A stretch of DNA of 52,498 nucleotides from Clostridiales bacterium (GCA_015056385.1 SVGI01000003.1:1-52498), one strand, 5' to 3'; shown: positions 7,789 through 18,984, numbered from the stretch's first letter. Translations and numbers: made by a program. Notes: a model not told the origin generated them from the sequence alone.

Positions 7789-9693
7789 TTATTGAGATAA
7801 TTCATCCCACTCGGCAAAGAGCAAGTCTATATTTTCCTTAAGCTCCTCGTATCTTGAGGATATTTCCTTTGCCAAGGTAGGGTCCTTATAGGTTTCGGGA
7901 AGCCCCATTTTTTCCTCGAGAATGGCAATTTCCTCCTCAAAAAGGGTTATCTCTTTTTCTATTTCCTTCATTCTCTCCCTTATGCGGGAGCTTTCCTTAC
8001 GGGCTTCCTTTTCCTTTTTATAGCTTTTCTCCTGCGCTGTTTTGGTGAGGGGCTTTGTTAAGCCCTCCTCCTTAAGACGGGCAAGCTCCTTAAGACGCTC
8101 CTTTTCGCTTAAGTAATCGTCGTACCCGCCCTCGTAAAGATTTACGCCCCCATCCTCAAAGGAAAGCACGTTGGTAGCAACGGAGTTTATAAAGTATCTG
8201 TCGTGAGATACGAATATTACTGTTGCGTCGTACTCGTCAAGGGCGTCCTCAAGAATTTCCTTGGAGTCTGTATCAAGGTGGTTTGTAGGCTCGTCCAGAA
8301 GAAGGAGGTTATCGTGGCCAAGCATAAGCTTTGCAAGCATTACCCTTGCCTTTTCTCCGCCGCTTAAGGAGGAGCATTTCTTGAATACGTCGTCCCCCTT
8401 AAAGAGAAACGCGCCTAAAACATTGCGTATTTCTCCAAGGTCCATATAGGGAAAATCGTCGTAAACATCCGTTAAAACATCCTTTTCACCGTGTATGCGT
8501 GAAACGTTCTGGTCGTAGTACCCAACACAAACCTTTGAGCCAAGGGTTACCTCACCCTCATCTGCCCTTTCCATTCCTGCGATTATTTTAAGAAGAGTTG
8601 TTTTGCCGCAGCCGTTAGGGCCGATTATGCCCACTCTCTGCCCTCTTTTTATATCAAGGTTAAGGGATGAAAAAAGCGTTTCCCCATCAAAGCTCTTTGT
8701 TAGCGCCTCTGCCTTTACAACGTCGTTTCCGCTTTGCCGCTGGGCTGAAAATGTTACGTGCATTTTGCTCTGCCTGAAGGGTGAGGTTACAAGCTTTATT
8801 CTTTCAAGCTGCTTTTCCTTGCTTCTTGCCGCCCTCACGCTTTTTTCGCGGTTAAAGCTTTTAAGCTCGTCAATAATTCCCTGAAGGCGCTTTATCTCCC
8901 TTTGCTGAAGGGTATAATGCTTTTCCATTATATCGTTAAGCTGGGTTTTCTTGCTTCTGTAATCGGAATAATTGCCTCTGAAGTTAAGGGCAGACCGCTG
9001 CTCTATTTCAGTTATATCGGTGCATATCTCGTCAAGAAAATATCTGTCGTGGCTTACCACTATAAACGTTGAGGAGGAAGCCTTTATATATCCCTCAAGA
9101 AAGCGTATAGCGTTGAGGTCGAGATGGTTTGTAGGCTCATCCAGAAGCATAAGGCGGGGCTTTTTCAAAAGCATTTTACCAAGGGCCGCCCTTGTACGCT
9201 CTCCCCCGGACATTACGCTTACAGGCTTATCGTATTCCTGCTGTGTAAAGGAAAGGCCCGTAAGCACCCCCCTTATATCACTCATATACCTGTACCCGCC
9301 AAGCTCACCGAATTTTTCCGAAAGCTCACCGTACCTTGTAAGAAGCTCCTCATCATAGGAGCCCTCCATTCTATGCTCCAAGGCACGTATTTCCTCCTCC
9401 ATTTTTATAAGAGGCTCAAATACGGTGAGCATTTCCTCCATAAGAGTAAGGGGGGACGCCTTCATTGGCATCTGGTCAAGATACTCAATATCGGTAAATG
9501 GGGCAAGGTAAATACTGCCCTTGTCGTACTCCTCAATGCCTGCCATTATTTTAAGCAGAGTGGTTTTTCCGCAGCCGTTGGCACCTACGATTCCTAAACG
9601 GGCGCCCTCCTCCACGCTTATATTAACGTCGGTAAGAAGGTCGAAGGCGCCGAAGGATTTCGAAACAGAGCCAAGCCGCAATATATGTGCCAT
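7789..9693 (-). CDS. ABC-F family ATPase (two ABC domains, no TM, C-terminal coiled coil)
   Basis: There are two Walker A motifs (GANGCGKTT and GPNGCGKTT), two LSGGE signatures, two LLLDEPTNHLD motifs and a charged C-terminal tail. Confidence 0.9.
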   Translation of the reverse strand: MAHILRLGSVSKSFGAFDLLTDVNISVEEGARLGIVGANGCGKTTLLKIMAGIEEYDKGSIYLAPFTDIEYLDQMPMKASPLTLMEEMLTVFEPLIKMEEEIRALEHRMEGSYDEELLTRYGELSEKFGELGGYRYMSDIRGVLTGLSFTQQEYDKPVSVMSGGERTRAALGKMLLKKPRLMLLDEPTNHLDLNAIRFLEGYIKASSSTFIVVSHDRYFLDEICTDITEIEQRSALNFRGNYSDYRSKKTQLNDIMEKHYTLQQREIKRLQGIIDELKSFNREKSVRAARSKEKQLERIKLVTSPFRQSKMHVTFSAQRQSGNDVVKAEALTKSFDGETLFSSLNLDIKRGQRVGIIGPNGCGKTTLLKIIAGMERADEGEVTLGSKVCVGYYDQNVSRIHGEKDVLTDVYDDFPYMDLGEIRNVLGAFLFKGDDVFKKCSSLSGGEKARVMLAKLMLGHDNLLLLDEPTNHLDTDSKEILEDALDEYDATVIFVSHDRYFINSVATNVLSFEDGGVNLYEGGYDDYLSEKERLKELARLKEEGLTKPLTKTAQEKSYKKEKEARKESSRIRERMKEIEKEITLFEEEIAILEEKMGLPETYKDPTLAKEISSRYEELKENIDLLFAEWDELSQ

Positions 9694-9699
9694 ATTTAC

Positions 9700-12165
9700 T
9701 TATCCTTTAATAACGAAGCAGCGGGTTATTTCCTGAAGCCAGTCAAACAGGCCCTTACCTGCGCTTGCCGCAGGCATTTTGGGAAGTGATGATATGGGAA
9801 GCTTTTCCGTGTTGGAATCCTCAAACTGTACCGTAAAGGCTCTTTCATCAGCAGAGCACGTGTACTCTGCACAGATAAGATTTACGCCGTTTGAGCCGTT
9901 TTTATTGAATTTCAGTATCTGGAAGCCGCCACCGGCCCTCTTCTGGCAGGGTATCTGGGAAGCGGAAACTGTTTTACCGGAGCCGTTATTGGTTACAAGG
10001 GCAACCCCTGCCCCTGAATCGTGGTGTATTTCACATACTGCGCATATTGAATCCCCATCCTTAAGCTTCATAGAGCGTACACCCTTTGAATTTCTGCCCA
10101 TAACACCTATATCACTGTTTGCGCAGCGCAGAGCCATACCCATTTTGGATATGAAGAGAACGTCATCCTTGCCGTCTGTAACAATTACGCTTTTTAACGT
10201 ATCCTCCTCAACAAGGTCTATTGCCAGTACCTTGCTTCTTGATGCATCAAACTGGTCCAGGGCGGTTTTCTTTGTAGTACCGTTTTTGGTTGTCATAAGC
10301 ACGAACTTATTTGCATCAAAGGTCTTTGTGGAATATACACCCACAATTTTTTCCGCTCTGTTGAATGAGGTAAATACGCCTGACAAGGGTACGCCTCTGT
10401 CGCGCCATTTGCTGTATGGCACAGCAGAGGGTGAAAGGTAGTAGCAGGAGCCCATATCCGTAAAGAGAAGAAGCTTCTTATCCGTAGAGGTCTTTATTAC
10501 GTACTCCACGTTATCACCTGCGCCTACGTTTATATCGTCTATATCGCTGGAGGAGCGCGCCACGGTTTTCTGGTCCACAACCTTTATATCCTGGTTGCGT
10601 GTGATTATAACGGTAACGTCCTCGGCAACTATAAAATCCTCCTCGGATATTTCTATTTTCGCGTTGGCATCTATTATCTTGGATTTTCTGGGAGTTGCGT
10701 ATTTTTCCTTTATCTCCGTAAGCTCCTCCTTGACTACTCTTACCAGCGCCTCGGGAGAGCTTATTATTTCCTCAAGGTGGGCTATATGCTTGCAAAGCTC
10801 CTTGAATTCGTTTTTAAGGGCGACTATCTCAAGGTTTGTAAGCCTTTGAAGCCTTAAATCCAATATAGCCTGAGCCTGCTCACGGGAGAAGGAGAAAAGC
10901 TTCATAAGGTTTTCCCTTGCCTCCGAGGGGCTTTTGGACATTCTTATAGTGGCAATAACCTCCTCTATAATGCTTACCGCCTTTATAAGACCCTCGAGTA
11001 TATGCTTATCCTTAAGGGCCTTTGCAAGGTCGAATTTCGTTCTCTTTAATACAACGTCCTTCTGGTGCTGTGCGTAATAGCCTATTGCAGACCTTAAATT
11101 AAGCCTTTCGGGCTTGCCGTTTGCAATAGCAACCATGTTGGCATTGTAGTTTACCTGAAGGTCTGAATATTTATAAAGGTAATTAAGAATAACCTTTTCG
11201 TCTGCATCCTTTTTAAGCTCTATAACTGCGCGAAGTCCGTTTTTATCGGATTCATCCCTTATATCGGTTACGTTTGTAAGCACGCCCTTCTTTTCCTCGC
11301 AAAGCTTTGCAAGGCGCTCAAGCATACGTGCCTTATTCATCTGGAAGGGTATTTCACTTATTACGATAAGCTTTTTGCCGTTGGGGCCCGCCTCGAAGGA
11401 GGTTTTTGCCCTCATAACGATTTTGCCCTTACCGTTTTTATATACGTTATCAAATTCGCTGTCTGAAAGTATAAGTGCGCCTGTGGGGAAATCCGGGGCG
11501 GGGATTATCTTCATAAGGTCATCCACGGAGCATTCGGGGTTATCAAGATAATGGCAAACGCCATCTATAACCTCACCTAAATTGTGAGGGGGAATATCCG
11601 TGGCAAAGCCTACGGCAATACCCATAGCGCCGTTTACAAGAAGGTTGGGGAATCTTGCAGGTAAAAGCTCGGGCTCCTTAAGAGTATCGTCGAAGTTTAA
11701 GCGGAAGGGCACAGATTCCTTTTCTATATCCCTTAGCATTTCAAGTGCAAGGGGTGTCATTCTTGCTTCGGTGTAACGCATTGCAGCAGGGCTATCCCCG
11801 TCTATTGAGCCGAAGTTACCCTGTCCGTCTACAAGGGTTTCCCTCATATTAAAATCCTGCGCCATTCTCGCCATAGCATCGTAAACTGACGTGTCGCCGT
11901 GGGGGTGATATTTACCAAGTGTATCACCTACGATACGGGCAGATTTACGGTGGGGCTTTTCAGGGTCCAGGCCCAGCTCCTTCATGGTGTAGAGTATCCT
12001 GCGCTGAACGGGCTTCAAGCCGTCCTCAACTCTGGGGAGGGCACGCTCCAATATAACGTATTCAGAGTAAGGCATCATTGAATCGTGCATTACCTGTGAG
12101 ATGGAATTTACAACTATATTATCCTCGTTCTGTATTTCTATTGAGGGTGTTTTTGCCTTTGCCAT
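9700..12165 (-). CDS. parC: Type IIA DNA topoisomerase subunit A (GyrA/ParC family, motifs closer to ParC)
   Basis: Motifs [29 protein letters not shown] (catalytic Tyr) and [23 protein letters not shown] are present. The PVQRR and FDDT.KEP motifs resemble ParC rather than GyrA (PVHRR) as I remember the Bacillus sequences. Confidence 0.85.
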   Translation of the reverse strand: MAKAKTPSIEIQNEDNIVVNSISQVMHDSMMPYSEYVILERALPRVEDGLKPVQRRILYTMKELGLDPEKPHRKSARIVGDTLGKYHPHGDTSVYDAMARMAQDFNMRETLVDGQGNFGSIDGDSPAAMRYTEARMTPLALEMLRDIEKESVPFRLNFDDTLKEPELLPARFPNLLVNGAMGIAVGFATDIPPHNLGEVIDGVCHYLDNPECSVDDLMKIIPAPDFPTGALILSDSEFDNVYKNGKGKIVMRAKTSFEAGPNGKKLIVISEIPFQMNKARMLERLAKLCEEKKGVLTNVTDIRDESDKNGLRAVIELKKDADEKVILNYLYKYSDLQVNYNANMVAIANGKPERLNLRSAIGYYAQHQKDVVLKRTKFDLAKALKDKHILEGLIKAVSIIEEVIATIRMSKSPSEARENLMKLFSFSREQAQAILDLRLQRLTNLEIVALKNEFKELCKHIAHLEEIISSPEALVRVVKEELTEIKEKYATPRKSKIIDANAKIEISEEDFIVAEDVTVIITRNQDIKVVDQKTVARSSSDIDDINVGAGDNVEYVIKTSTDKKLLLFTDMGSCYYLSPSAVPYSKWRDRGVPLSGVFTSFNRAEKIVGVYSTKTFDANKFVLMTTKNGTTKKTALDQFDASRSKVLAIDLVEEDTLKSVIVTDGKDDVLFISKMGMALRCANSDIGVMGRNSKGVRSMKLKDGDSICAVCEIHHDSGAGVALVTNNGSGKTVSASQIPCQKRAGGGFQILKFNKNGSNGVNLICAEYTCSADERAFTVQFEDSNTEKLPISSLPKMPAASAGKGLFDWLQEITRCFVIKG

Positions 12166-12204
12166 TTTAGTTTCCTTTCAATATCCCGTGTGTTACCTGA
12201 ATTA

Positions 12205-14160
12205 TCAGCGGACTATATCCTCGTAGGCGTCCTTCTTGTTGAAGTTTGCATTCTGGATGATGTAATCGTATCTCTTATCCGCCTTATCTCCCATAAGCAC
12301 CGTTATAAGATATTCTGCATTTTTTGCGTCCTCTATATCAACCTTAAGAAGCTTTCTGTTTGCAGGGTTCATAGTGGTTGCCCAAAGCTGCTCCGGGTTC
12401 ATTTCACCAAGACCCTTATATCTCTGAAGGGTGTAGCCCTTTTCAAGACGCTTCGTTACCTCAAGAAGCTCCTCATCGGTATATGCGTATTCATCCTTTC
12501 CGCCCTTTGAAATCTTGTAAAGTGGGGAAAGACCGATGTATATATGTCCGTCCTTAATAAGGTCCCGCATATATCTGTAAAAGAATGTAAGGAGTATCGC
12601 TCTTATATGGGCACCGTCCTGGTCTGCATCGGAGAGGATAATTACCTTGTCGTAATTAAGCTTTGAAATATCAAAATCCTGTGCGATACCCGTACCCAGA
12701 GCGGCTATTATAGTTCTGTATTCTTCGTTGCCTTCAACTGCCGCAAGGCGTGTTTTCTCAACGTTAAGGGGCTTACCGCGAAGGGAAAGTATTGCCTGGT
12801 ATTCCCTGTTACGGCCCTGCTTTGCAGAGCCACCGGCTGAATTACCCTCAACTATAAAGAGCTCGTTTCTGCTCTTATCCCTTCCCGTACAGGCGGCAAG
12901 CTTGCCTATAAGGGGAGCGTTTTCAAGGCCGCCGGTTTTCTTTCTTGCCTCTGTTTTTGCCTTTTTGGCCGCAAGGCGTGCGTGGGATGCCTCTACCGCC
13001 TTTGAGGTTATAGCCTTCGCTACGTTATCGTTTTTGCGGTCGTTAAGATATTTGGTGAATTCCTCGGTTATAACCATTTCCGTAGCAACCCTTGCCTCGG
13101 AGTTGCCAAGACGTGTTTTTGTCTGACCCTCAAACTGTATATCCCTCATTTTTACGGAAAGCACAGCTGTAAGGCCCTCTCTTACATCCTCTCCGGAGAA
13201 GTTATCATCCTTATCCTTCAAAACGCCAAAGCGCCTTGAAAATTCGTTTATTACCTTTGTAAGAGCGGTTTTGAAGCCTGTTTCGTGCATACCGCCGTCT
13301 GTGGTGGCAATATTGTTTACGTAGGAGAAAATGTTTTCACTGTAGCCGTCGTTATACTGGAATGCCGCCTCTACCTTTATGGCGTTGTATTCACCTGAAA
13401 TGTATATGATATCTGAAAAAAGAGCCTTTTTATCGTTGTTGAAGAATGAAACGTAATCCCTTATGCCGCCCATAAAGCAGAATTCGTCCTCCCTTGCAGG
13501 GCGTGTGCGCATATCCTTAAGAGTAATTGTAAGTCCGCTGTTTAAGTATGCAGTTTCCCGCATACGCATTGCAATAGTGTCATAATTGAATTCAACTGTA
13601 TCAAAAACTCTGTCGTCAGGCATAAATGTTACGCTTGTGCCCTTACGCTTTGTCTGCCCTACTACTGTAAGGGGCGCCACAGGGACACCTGAATCTATTT
13701 TCTTTGTTTTCTTGTTGTAATTGGACTCAAAGCGCTCCTTGTAAATGTTGCCGTCGCGGTATATTTCAACCTCAAGCCAGCGTGAAAGAGCGTTAACAAC
13801 AGATGCGCCTACGCCGTGAAGGCCGCCTGAATAGCTGTAGCTTGAGTAATTGAACTTACCGCCTGCATGAAGAACAGTGAATATAACCTCTACCGCAGGG
13901 ATTTTAAGCTCCGGGTGCTTATCAATAGGCATACCTCTGCCGTTATCAGTAACGGTAACGCTGCCGTCTGCATTAAGCACTATTTCTATTTTATCTGCAT
14001 AGCCGTTTATAGCCTCGTCCACACAGTTATCCGTTATTTCCCAAAGAAGATGGTGAAGGCCTCTTACAGATGTGGTACCTATATACATTCCGGGGCGGTG
14101 GCGTACACCCTCCAGACCCTTCATTACCACTATGTCTTTAGCCGTATATTCTCGTTCCAT
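12205..14160 (-). CDS. parE: Type IIA DNA topoisomerase subunit B (GyrB/ParE family)
   Basis: Motifs GLEGVRHRPGMYIG, DNGRGMP, LHGVGASVVNALS, the Toprim EGNSAGGSAK and DADQDGAHI are present. It lies immediately upstream of the A subunit. Confidence 0.85.
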   Translation of the reverse strand: MEREYTAKDIVVMKGLEGVRHRPGMYIGTTSVRGLHHLLWEITDNCVDEAINGYADKIEIVLNADGSVTVTDNGRGMPIDKHPELKIPAVEVIFTVLHAGGKFNYSSYSYSGGLHGVGASVVNALSRWLEVEIYRDGNIYKERFESNYNKKTKKIDSGVPVAPLTVVGQTKRKGTSVTFMPDDRVFDTVEFNYDTIAMRMRETAYLNSGLTITLKDMRTRPAREDEFCFMGGIRDYVSFFNNDKKALFSDIIYISGEYNAIKVEAAFQYNDGYSENIFSYVNNIATTDGGMHETGFKTALTKVINEFSRRFGVLKDKDDNFSGEDVREGLTAVLSVKMRDIQFEGQTKTRLGNSEARVATEMVITEEFTKYLNDRKNDNVAKAITSKAVEASHARLAAKKAKTEARKKTGGLENAPLIGKLAACTGRDKSRNELFIVEGNSAGGSAKQGRNREYQAILSLRGKPLNVEKTRLAAVEGNEEYRTIIAALGTGIAQDFDISKLNYDKVIILSDADQDGAHIRAILLTFFYRYMRDLIKDGHIYIGLSPLYKISKGGKDEYAYTDEELLEVTKRLEKGYTLQRYKGLGEMNPEQLWATTMNPANRKLLKVDIEDAKNAEYLITVLMGDKADKRYDYIIQNANFNKKDAYEDIVR

Positions 14161-14201
14161 ATTGAAGCTTTTCCTCTCTTTTTCAGATATACATTCATTT
14201 T

Positions 14202-14230
14202 ATTATAAACAATTTTATATTTCTTTGCAA
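14202..14230 (-). promoter_or_regulatory. Candidate sigma-A promoter of the topoisomerase operon
   Basis: On the minus strand: TTGCAA (14225-14230), a 17-nt spacer, then TATAAT (14202-14207). Confidence 0.55.
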
Positions 14231-14290
14231 GTGTACCCCGTTTATCCAAGAAATATATGTACGTCTTTTATAACAAAAAAGCCTTACTTA

Positions 14291-14319
14291 TTGATAATTT
14301 ACGTTTTTTGTGGTAAAAT
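14291..14319 (+). promoter_or_regulatory. Candidate sigma-A promoter of asnS
   Basis: TTGATA (14291-14296), a 17-nt spacer, then TAAAAT (14314-14319). Confidence 0.55.
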
Positions 14320-14349
14320 AATGCAATTATCATATTGGAGGTATGGGAT

Positions 14350-15744
14350 ATGGAATTCGTATCCGTAAAAGAACTTTTTGCAGCTCCCGAAAAATACGAC
14401 GGCAAAACCGTCTCCGTCGGCGGCTGGGCGCGTACAGTACGCGACAGCAAGGTTTTCGGCTTTATTGAAATAAATGACGGCAGCTGCTTTAACAATATAC
14501 AGGCAGTTATTGAAAAGGATAAGACAAACCACTTCGAGGAGGCTGTAAAGCTTACCACAGGCAGCGCGTTAAGCGTTGTAGGTACACTGGTGCTTACTCC
14601 CCAGGCAAAGCAGCCCTTTGAAATAAAGGCTGATGACGTTATTATTGAAAGCGTTGCACCTGCAGATTATCCCCTTCAGAAGAAAAGGCATACACTTGAG
14701 TATCTCCGTACGATACCTCATCTCCGTTTGAGAACCAATACTCTTTCTGCGGCATTCCGTATGCGCTCCGTTGCATCCTTTGCCCTTCATAAGTTCTTCA
14801 ACGAAAGAGGCTTCGTTTACGTTCACACACCTATACTTACGGGAAGCGACTGCGAGGGTGCAGGCGAGATGTTCCAGGTAACAACTCTTGATATGAACAA
14901 TCCTCCCCGTAACGATGAGGGCGCAGTTGATTTTTCAAAGGATTTCTTCAACCACCCCGTAAGCCTTACGGTAAGCGGCCAGCTTATGGCAGAAAGCTGC
15001 GCAATGGGCTTTAAGAACGTTTACACCTTTGGGCCTACCTTCCGCGCAGAAAAAAGCTACACCGCACGCCACGCAGCAGAGTTCTGGATGCTTGAGCCTG
15101 AAATGGCATTTGCAGACCTTAACGACGATATGCGTATTGCAGAGGATATGATTAAGTACGTTATTTCCTACGTCCTTGAGCAGTGCCCCCAGGAAATCAA
15201 CTTCTTCAACTCCTTCGTGGATAAGGGTCTTATAGACAGGCTTAACAACGTTGTAAACAGCGAATTTGTAAGGGTTTCCTACACAAAGGCAATAGAGCTT
15301 CTCGAAAAATCAGGCAAGGAATTCTCCTACCCTGTAAAATGGGGTGATGACCTTCAGACAGAGCACGAAAGATACATCACCGAGGAGGTTTACGGCTGCC
15401 CCGTATTCGTAACTGATTATCCCAAGGACATAAAGGCATTCTATATGAAGCTTAACGAGGACGGCAAAACAGTTGCGGCATGCGACCTTCTTGTTCCCGG
15501 CATCGGCGAAATCATCGGCGGAAGCCAGCGTGAGGAGGATGCAGAGAAGCTTATCAAGCGTATGGAAGAGCTCAATATGGATATAGAGCAGTATCAGTGG
15601 TATATCGATTTAAGGCGCTACGGCGGTGTTTACCACTCCGGCTTCGGTCTGGGCTTTGAAAGACTTCTTATGTACCTTACAGGTATTTCAAACATAAGAG
15701 ACGTTCTTCCCTTCCCCAGAACAACAGGCAGCTGTGATCTGTAA
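14350..15744 (+). CDS. asnS: Asparagine--tRNA ligase
   Basis: It has a class IIb aaRS layout with an N-terminal OB fold, [30 protein letters not shown] and GFGLGFERL. The start was set at the ATG at 14350, 8 nt after GGAGG. The ORF track starts at the TTG at 14335. Confidence 0.93.
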   Translation: MEFVSVKELFAAPEKYDGKTVSVGGWARTVRDSKVFGFIEINDGSCFNNIQAVIEKDKTNHFEEAVKLTTGSALSVVGTLVLTPQAKQPFEIKADDVIIESVAPADYPLQKKRHTLEYLRTIPHLRLRTNTLSAAFRMRSVASFALHKFFNERGFVYVHTPILTGSDCEGAGEMFQVTTLDMNNPPRNDEGAVDFSKDFFNHPVSLTVSGQLMAESCAMGFKNVYTFGPTFRAEKSYTARHAAEFWMLEPEMAFADLNDDMRIAEDMIKYVISYVLEQCPQEINFFNSFVDKGLIDRLNNVVNSEFVRVSYTKAIELLEKSGKEFSYPVKWGDDLQTEHERYITEEVYGCPVFVTDYPKDIKAFYMKLNEDGKTVAACDLLVPGIGEIIGGSQREEDAEKLIKRMEELNMDIEQYQWYIDLRRYGGVYHSGFGLGFERLLMYLTGISNIRDVLPFPRTTGSCDL

Positions 15745-15756
15745 TAAGCAGAGCTT

Positions 15757-16407
15757 ATGGTTAAAATAAACGCTAAGGCCGTTATATTCGATATGGACGG
15801 CGTGCTTGTAAACACGGAGCCCGCCATAAGAAGGGCCTGTATAGAAGCTCTAAAGGATTACGGTGTAAATGCAAAGCCCGAGGATTTCGTTCCCTTTACA
15901 GGTATGGGGGAGGACGCCTTCATTGGTGGCGTGGCGGAACTTTACGGCGTGAAATACCAAACCGAGATGAAGGTGCGCGCCTACGATATTTACGATGAAA
16001 TAGCACAAAGCGACGTTATACTTTTTGACAGCATTAAGGAAACCGTGTTGAAGCTTCGTAAAAATCACCGCGTTGCAGTTGCGTCTGCGGCAGATTTGAG
16101 AAAGGTGAAGATAAACCTTCGTTGCCTTGGAATGTCTGTTGATGATTTCGACGCTGTTGTAACGGGAAGCGACGTAACCAATAAAAAGCCGGACCCTGAA
16201 ATATTCCTTAAGGCGGCTGAAAAAATCGGTGTTGCCCCTAAGGACTGCCTTGTAATTGAGGATGCGCTTTCCGGTGTTACCGCCGCAATGCGAGCAGGCA
16301 TGCAGGCAATAGGTGTTTTAGGCACGTTTGCCGGCGCAGACCTTATAAGCCACGGCGCCGCGCTTACTGTGGATGACACGAAAAACATACTTGCACATAT
16401 TATTTGA
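15757..16407 (+). CDS. HAD-IA family hydrolase (beta-phosphoglucomutase/phosphatase-like)
   Basis: HAD motif I FDMDGVLVNTE, motif II SAA, a motif III K, and motif IV EDALSGV are present. Confidence 0.85.
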   Translation: MVKINAKAVIFDMDGVLVNTEPAIRRACIEALKDYGVNAKPEDFVPFTGMGEDAFIGGVAELYGVKYQTEMKVRAYDIYDEIAQSDVILFDSIKETVLKLRKNHRVAVASAADLRKVKINLRCLGMSVDDFDAVVTGSDVTNKKPDPEIFLKAAEKIGVAPKDCLVIEDALSGVTAAMRAGMQAIGVLGTFAGADLISHGAALTVDDTKNILAHII

Positions 16408-16471
16408 TTTAATGTCCGGGGTCCTCAACACGTCCTCGGACTTTGCCTTATGTATGGATACGGAGATAAAT

Positions 16472-17497
16472 ATGACAAGCAGAGAAAGAGTAAAAAACGC
16501 CATGCATTTCAAAAGCGTGGATAAGGTGCCCGTGCGGTATTATTACTGCCCCGTAGGCTACTATGAGCACGGTGAAAAGCTCAACGACCTCTATGAAACA
16601 ATGCCGGGGGATTTTTTCCCCTTTGAAAGAATGCCTATCCCTGTATTGCCAAATGATGCCTTTGATGACAACGGCAGATTTCACTCCTTTGCAGAGGATG
16701 AATGGGGTACTACGTGGGAATACCGCATATTCGGCATTACGGGAATACCCTGCAAAAGACCCGTTTCATCTCTTGAGGACGCCATAAGCCTCAAGCCTCC
16801 CATACCATGCGACGAGGACAGCCTTACGAATGATATGAGCTGGGTTGACGAGAATAAGAAAATGGGATATTACACCCAGTGCGGATGCGGAAGCCTTTAC
16901 GAAAGGCTTATTGCCCTGTACGGAGATGAAAACGTTTTATGCGATATTGCCACCAACGAAAAAACGGTAAATATACTTGCGGATAAGGTTGTTGAATACG
17001 ACACGTATCTTCTTACGAAGGCATTGAGGGCGCACCCCGACGGCATCAGCTTCGGTGATGATTACGGTACCCAGAATTCACTTATATTTTCTCCTGATGA
17101 CTGGAGACGCTTCTTTAAGCCGCGGCTTAAAAGACTTTTTGCTCCTGCCGCAGAAAAGGGTGTCGACATACATTTTCACAGCTGCGGATATATATACGAT
17201 ATTCTCCCTGACTTAAAGGAAATAGGCGTTACCTCTATATGGCCGCAGTTGCCCGCCTATGATATGGAGCTTCTTGCAAAAAGGTGCAGAGAGCTTTCCC
17301 TTGCCGTTGAGATACATACGGACAGAGCCTTTACAATGACCTACGGCACGCCAAAGGACGTAACGAGGCTTGTGGAAAGGGAATTTGAGGTATTCCGCCC
17401 GGATAAGGGAGGAGCTTGGTTTTATATCGAGGCAGATAACGGCTTCCCATTCGAAAACATCGAGGCGCTTGTTGAGGCTATAAAAAAGTACAGATAA
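16472..17497 (+). CDS. Uroporphyrinogen decarboxylase (URO-D) family protein
   Basis: The call rests on length and URO-D-like patterns (RVKNAM..K..DKVPV, HFHSCGYIYDILPDLKEIGV). The start was set at the ATG at 16472 after GGAGA. The ORF track starts at 16373. Confidence 0.6.
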   Translation: MTSRERVKNAMHFKSVDKVPVRYYYCPVGYYEHGEKLNDLYETMPGDFFPFERMPIPVLPNDAFDDNGRFHSFAEDEWGTTWEYRIFGITGIPCKRPVSSLEDAISLKPPIPCDEDSLTNDMSWVDENKKMGYYTQCGCGSLYERLIALYGDENVLCDIATNEKTVNILADKVVEYDTYLLTKALRAHPDGISFGDDYGTQNSLIFSPDDWRRFFKPRLKRLFAPAAEKGVDIHFHSCGYIYDILPDLKEIGVTSIWPQLPAYDMELLAKRCRELSLAVEIHTDRAFTMTYGTPKDVTRLVEREFEVFRPDKGGAWFYIEADNGFPFENIEALVEAIKKYR

Positions 17498-17500
17498 ACA

Positions 17501-17538
17501 AAAATCCGACCTGCATATATTCTGCAGATCGGATTTTT
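17501..17538. terminator. Bidirectional intrinsic terminator between convergent genes
   Basis: AAAATCCGAcCTGCA pairs with TGCAGaTCGGATTTT, with A/T runs on both sides. Confidence 0.75.
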
Positions 17539-17548
17539 CATTTTTTAC

Positions 17549-18067
17549 TTAATTTTTTTCTATTATTGCAACTGCGCGGATTTTATCAAGGTTTATTACG
17601 CGGGAGGAATTGTATTTCTTTATTTCCTCGAGAAGCTTTTTTCTGTACTTAACCGCAACAAGACCGTTATTATTTACACGCCACGTGCACTGGTCCGGGG
17701 TGTAGGCGCCGCTTGTCATAAGTATATAAGAGCCTCTTCCGTATGCGCCGAATGAGTTTTTCATTATTTTAATGTTATCCACGCTTTCCCACGGGGTAAA
17801 ATAAGTGTTGAAAAGGGATTTATACTCTATACCCTTATCCGTAAATGAAACCGTTCTTACCCCCATATAAAGGGCGGCAAACACGGCAAGACCGAAAAAT
17901 ACTATTGCCGCAAAAAGGTCCAGGCCTGTGGAGGGTACTGTTGGGTGATTAAGCCCTGAAAAATAAAAGTAAAGCTGCACTGCGCCAACAATAAAAAACA
18001 GCGCGGCGGGAACAATACTTTCATAAAGATAAAGCACGGTATGCTTTTTATATTTTTTGTTTTCCAT
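17549..18067 (-). CDS. Hypothetical membrane protein (two TM plus a small soluble, PH-like C-terminal domain)
   Basis: The ORF has two hydrophobic helices and no diagnostic motif. The start was set at MENKKYKK (18067). The ORF track starts at 18112. Confidence 0.5.
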   Translation of the reverse strand: MENKKYKKHTVLYLYESIVPAALFFIVGAVQLYFYFSGLNHPTVPSTGLDLFAAIVFFGLAVFAALYMGVRTVSFTDKGIEYKSLFNTYFTPWESVDNIKIMKNSFGAYGRGSYILMTSGAYTPDQCTWRVNNNGLVAVKYRKKLLEEIKKYNSSRVINLDKIRAVAIIEKN

Positions 18068-18157
18068 TTTTAATCCTTTCAGGCTTTGGGGGCATATAAG
18101 CCGTAACGGCAATATTTTTTCCCCTTTAAGCTACATAATTCTTATATCCAAAAGATG

Positions 18158-18640
18158 TTAAATTGCTTCAACAAGCCTCCACGCAACTGTGGGAATTATA
18201 AGATACCAGGGTGAACAGAAAAGAGTTGACACTATTGCAGCCATACGCACGTATGCGCGTCTGTCTGTCATTTCAAAGCCCAGGGCTCTGTTTTTAAGGA
18301 ATATAACAATAATGCTTACAATTAAGGGAAGCACGTAAATAATTGCCGTAATGGCATTATCCCACAGAGTAAGTGAGCGCAGAACGTTTGAGGACATACC
18401 GTCTACAATTTCAGCAATTAAAACAAATGCACAGGAAAGCAGGTTTGCAAGGGCTGCGGTTCTGAATGAGCGCCATATACTGCGCCACATATCCTTTTTT
18501 TCGGGGCGGAGGGTTGCATGTGAGCACACGCTTTTCCACGTCCATGTCAAAAGCATAAAAAACCAAACCAGTATTATTAATATTACCGGCGAAAACATAA
18601 CGTACATCCACGTCGGCACGTCCTTAGCAAAAATACCCAC
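18158..18640 (-). CDS. Hypothetical integral membrane protein
   Basis: A 160-aa ORF with 4-5 hydrophobic segments. It starts at a GTG 5 nt after AGGAGG. Confidence 0.55.
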   Translation of the reverse strand: MGIFAKDVPTWMYVMFSPVILIILVWFFMLLTWTWKSVCSHATLRPEKKDMWRSIWRSFRTAALANLLSCAFVLIAEIVDGMSSNVLRSLTLWDNAITAIIYVLPLIVSIIVIFLKNRALGFEMTDRRAYVRMAAIVSTLFCSPWYLIIPTVAWRLVEAI

Positions 18641-18726
18641 AGCTTCCTCCTTGGATAATTATAGGGTAATGCGATTATATATTTTAATCTCCTTTATGTC
18701 AACCAATCAAAAACAAATACGGGAAA

Positions 18727-18984
18727 TTACCTTTTCAGAAAGCCGAACAAGCCCTTTTTTACGTAATCCTCACGGGTGATATCGAGAAGAGTAAAGCCCA
18801 TATCCTCTATAAGAGTCTTGAGAAGAGCATCCTCCACGTCCTCGTTAACGGTAATAACACAGGTTTTTTTGGTGTGTGAGGATACAACGCTTACGGGGCT
18901 TAATCTTTCTTCAATTACTCCGTTTATACGTGCCTCGCATCTCGGGCAAGCCATACCCTCTATTTTTAACGTGATTTTTTTCAT
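18727..18984 (-). CDS. Heavy-metal-associated (HMA) domain protein, CopZ-like
   Basis: The N-terminus carries a GMACPRC (MxCxxC) metal-binding motif in an 85-aa ferredoxin-like protein. Confidence 0.8.
   Translation of the reverse strand: MKKITLKIEGMACPRCEARINGVIEERLSPVSVVSSHTKKTCVITVNEDVEDALLKTLIEDMGFTLLDITREDYVKKGLFGFLKR

Noticed and set aside
9779-10441. Long antisense ORFs inside large genes: 220 aa in the topoisomerase A gene, 193 aa at 45194-45775 in GH38, 275 aa at 48591-49418 in valS, and 157 aa at 9124-9597 in the ABC-F gene
   Set aside because: Each lies opposite a CDS with unambiguous family motifs. Their translations are low-complexity and Ser/Leu/Pro/Arg-rich, which is typical of shadow frames.
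14161-14349. Expected T-box leader upstream of asnS
   Set aside because: The divergent intergenic region is only about 190 nt. It contains two promoters, no GGTGGTACCGCG-type T-box sequence and no terminator hairpin.
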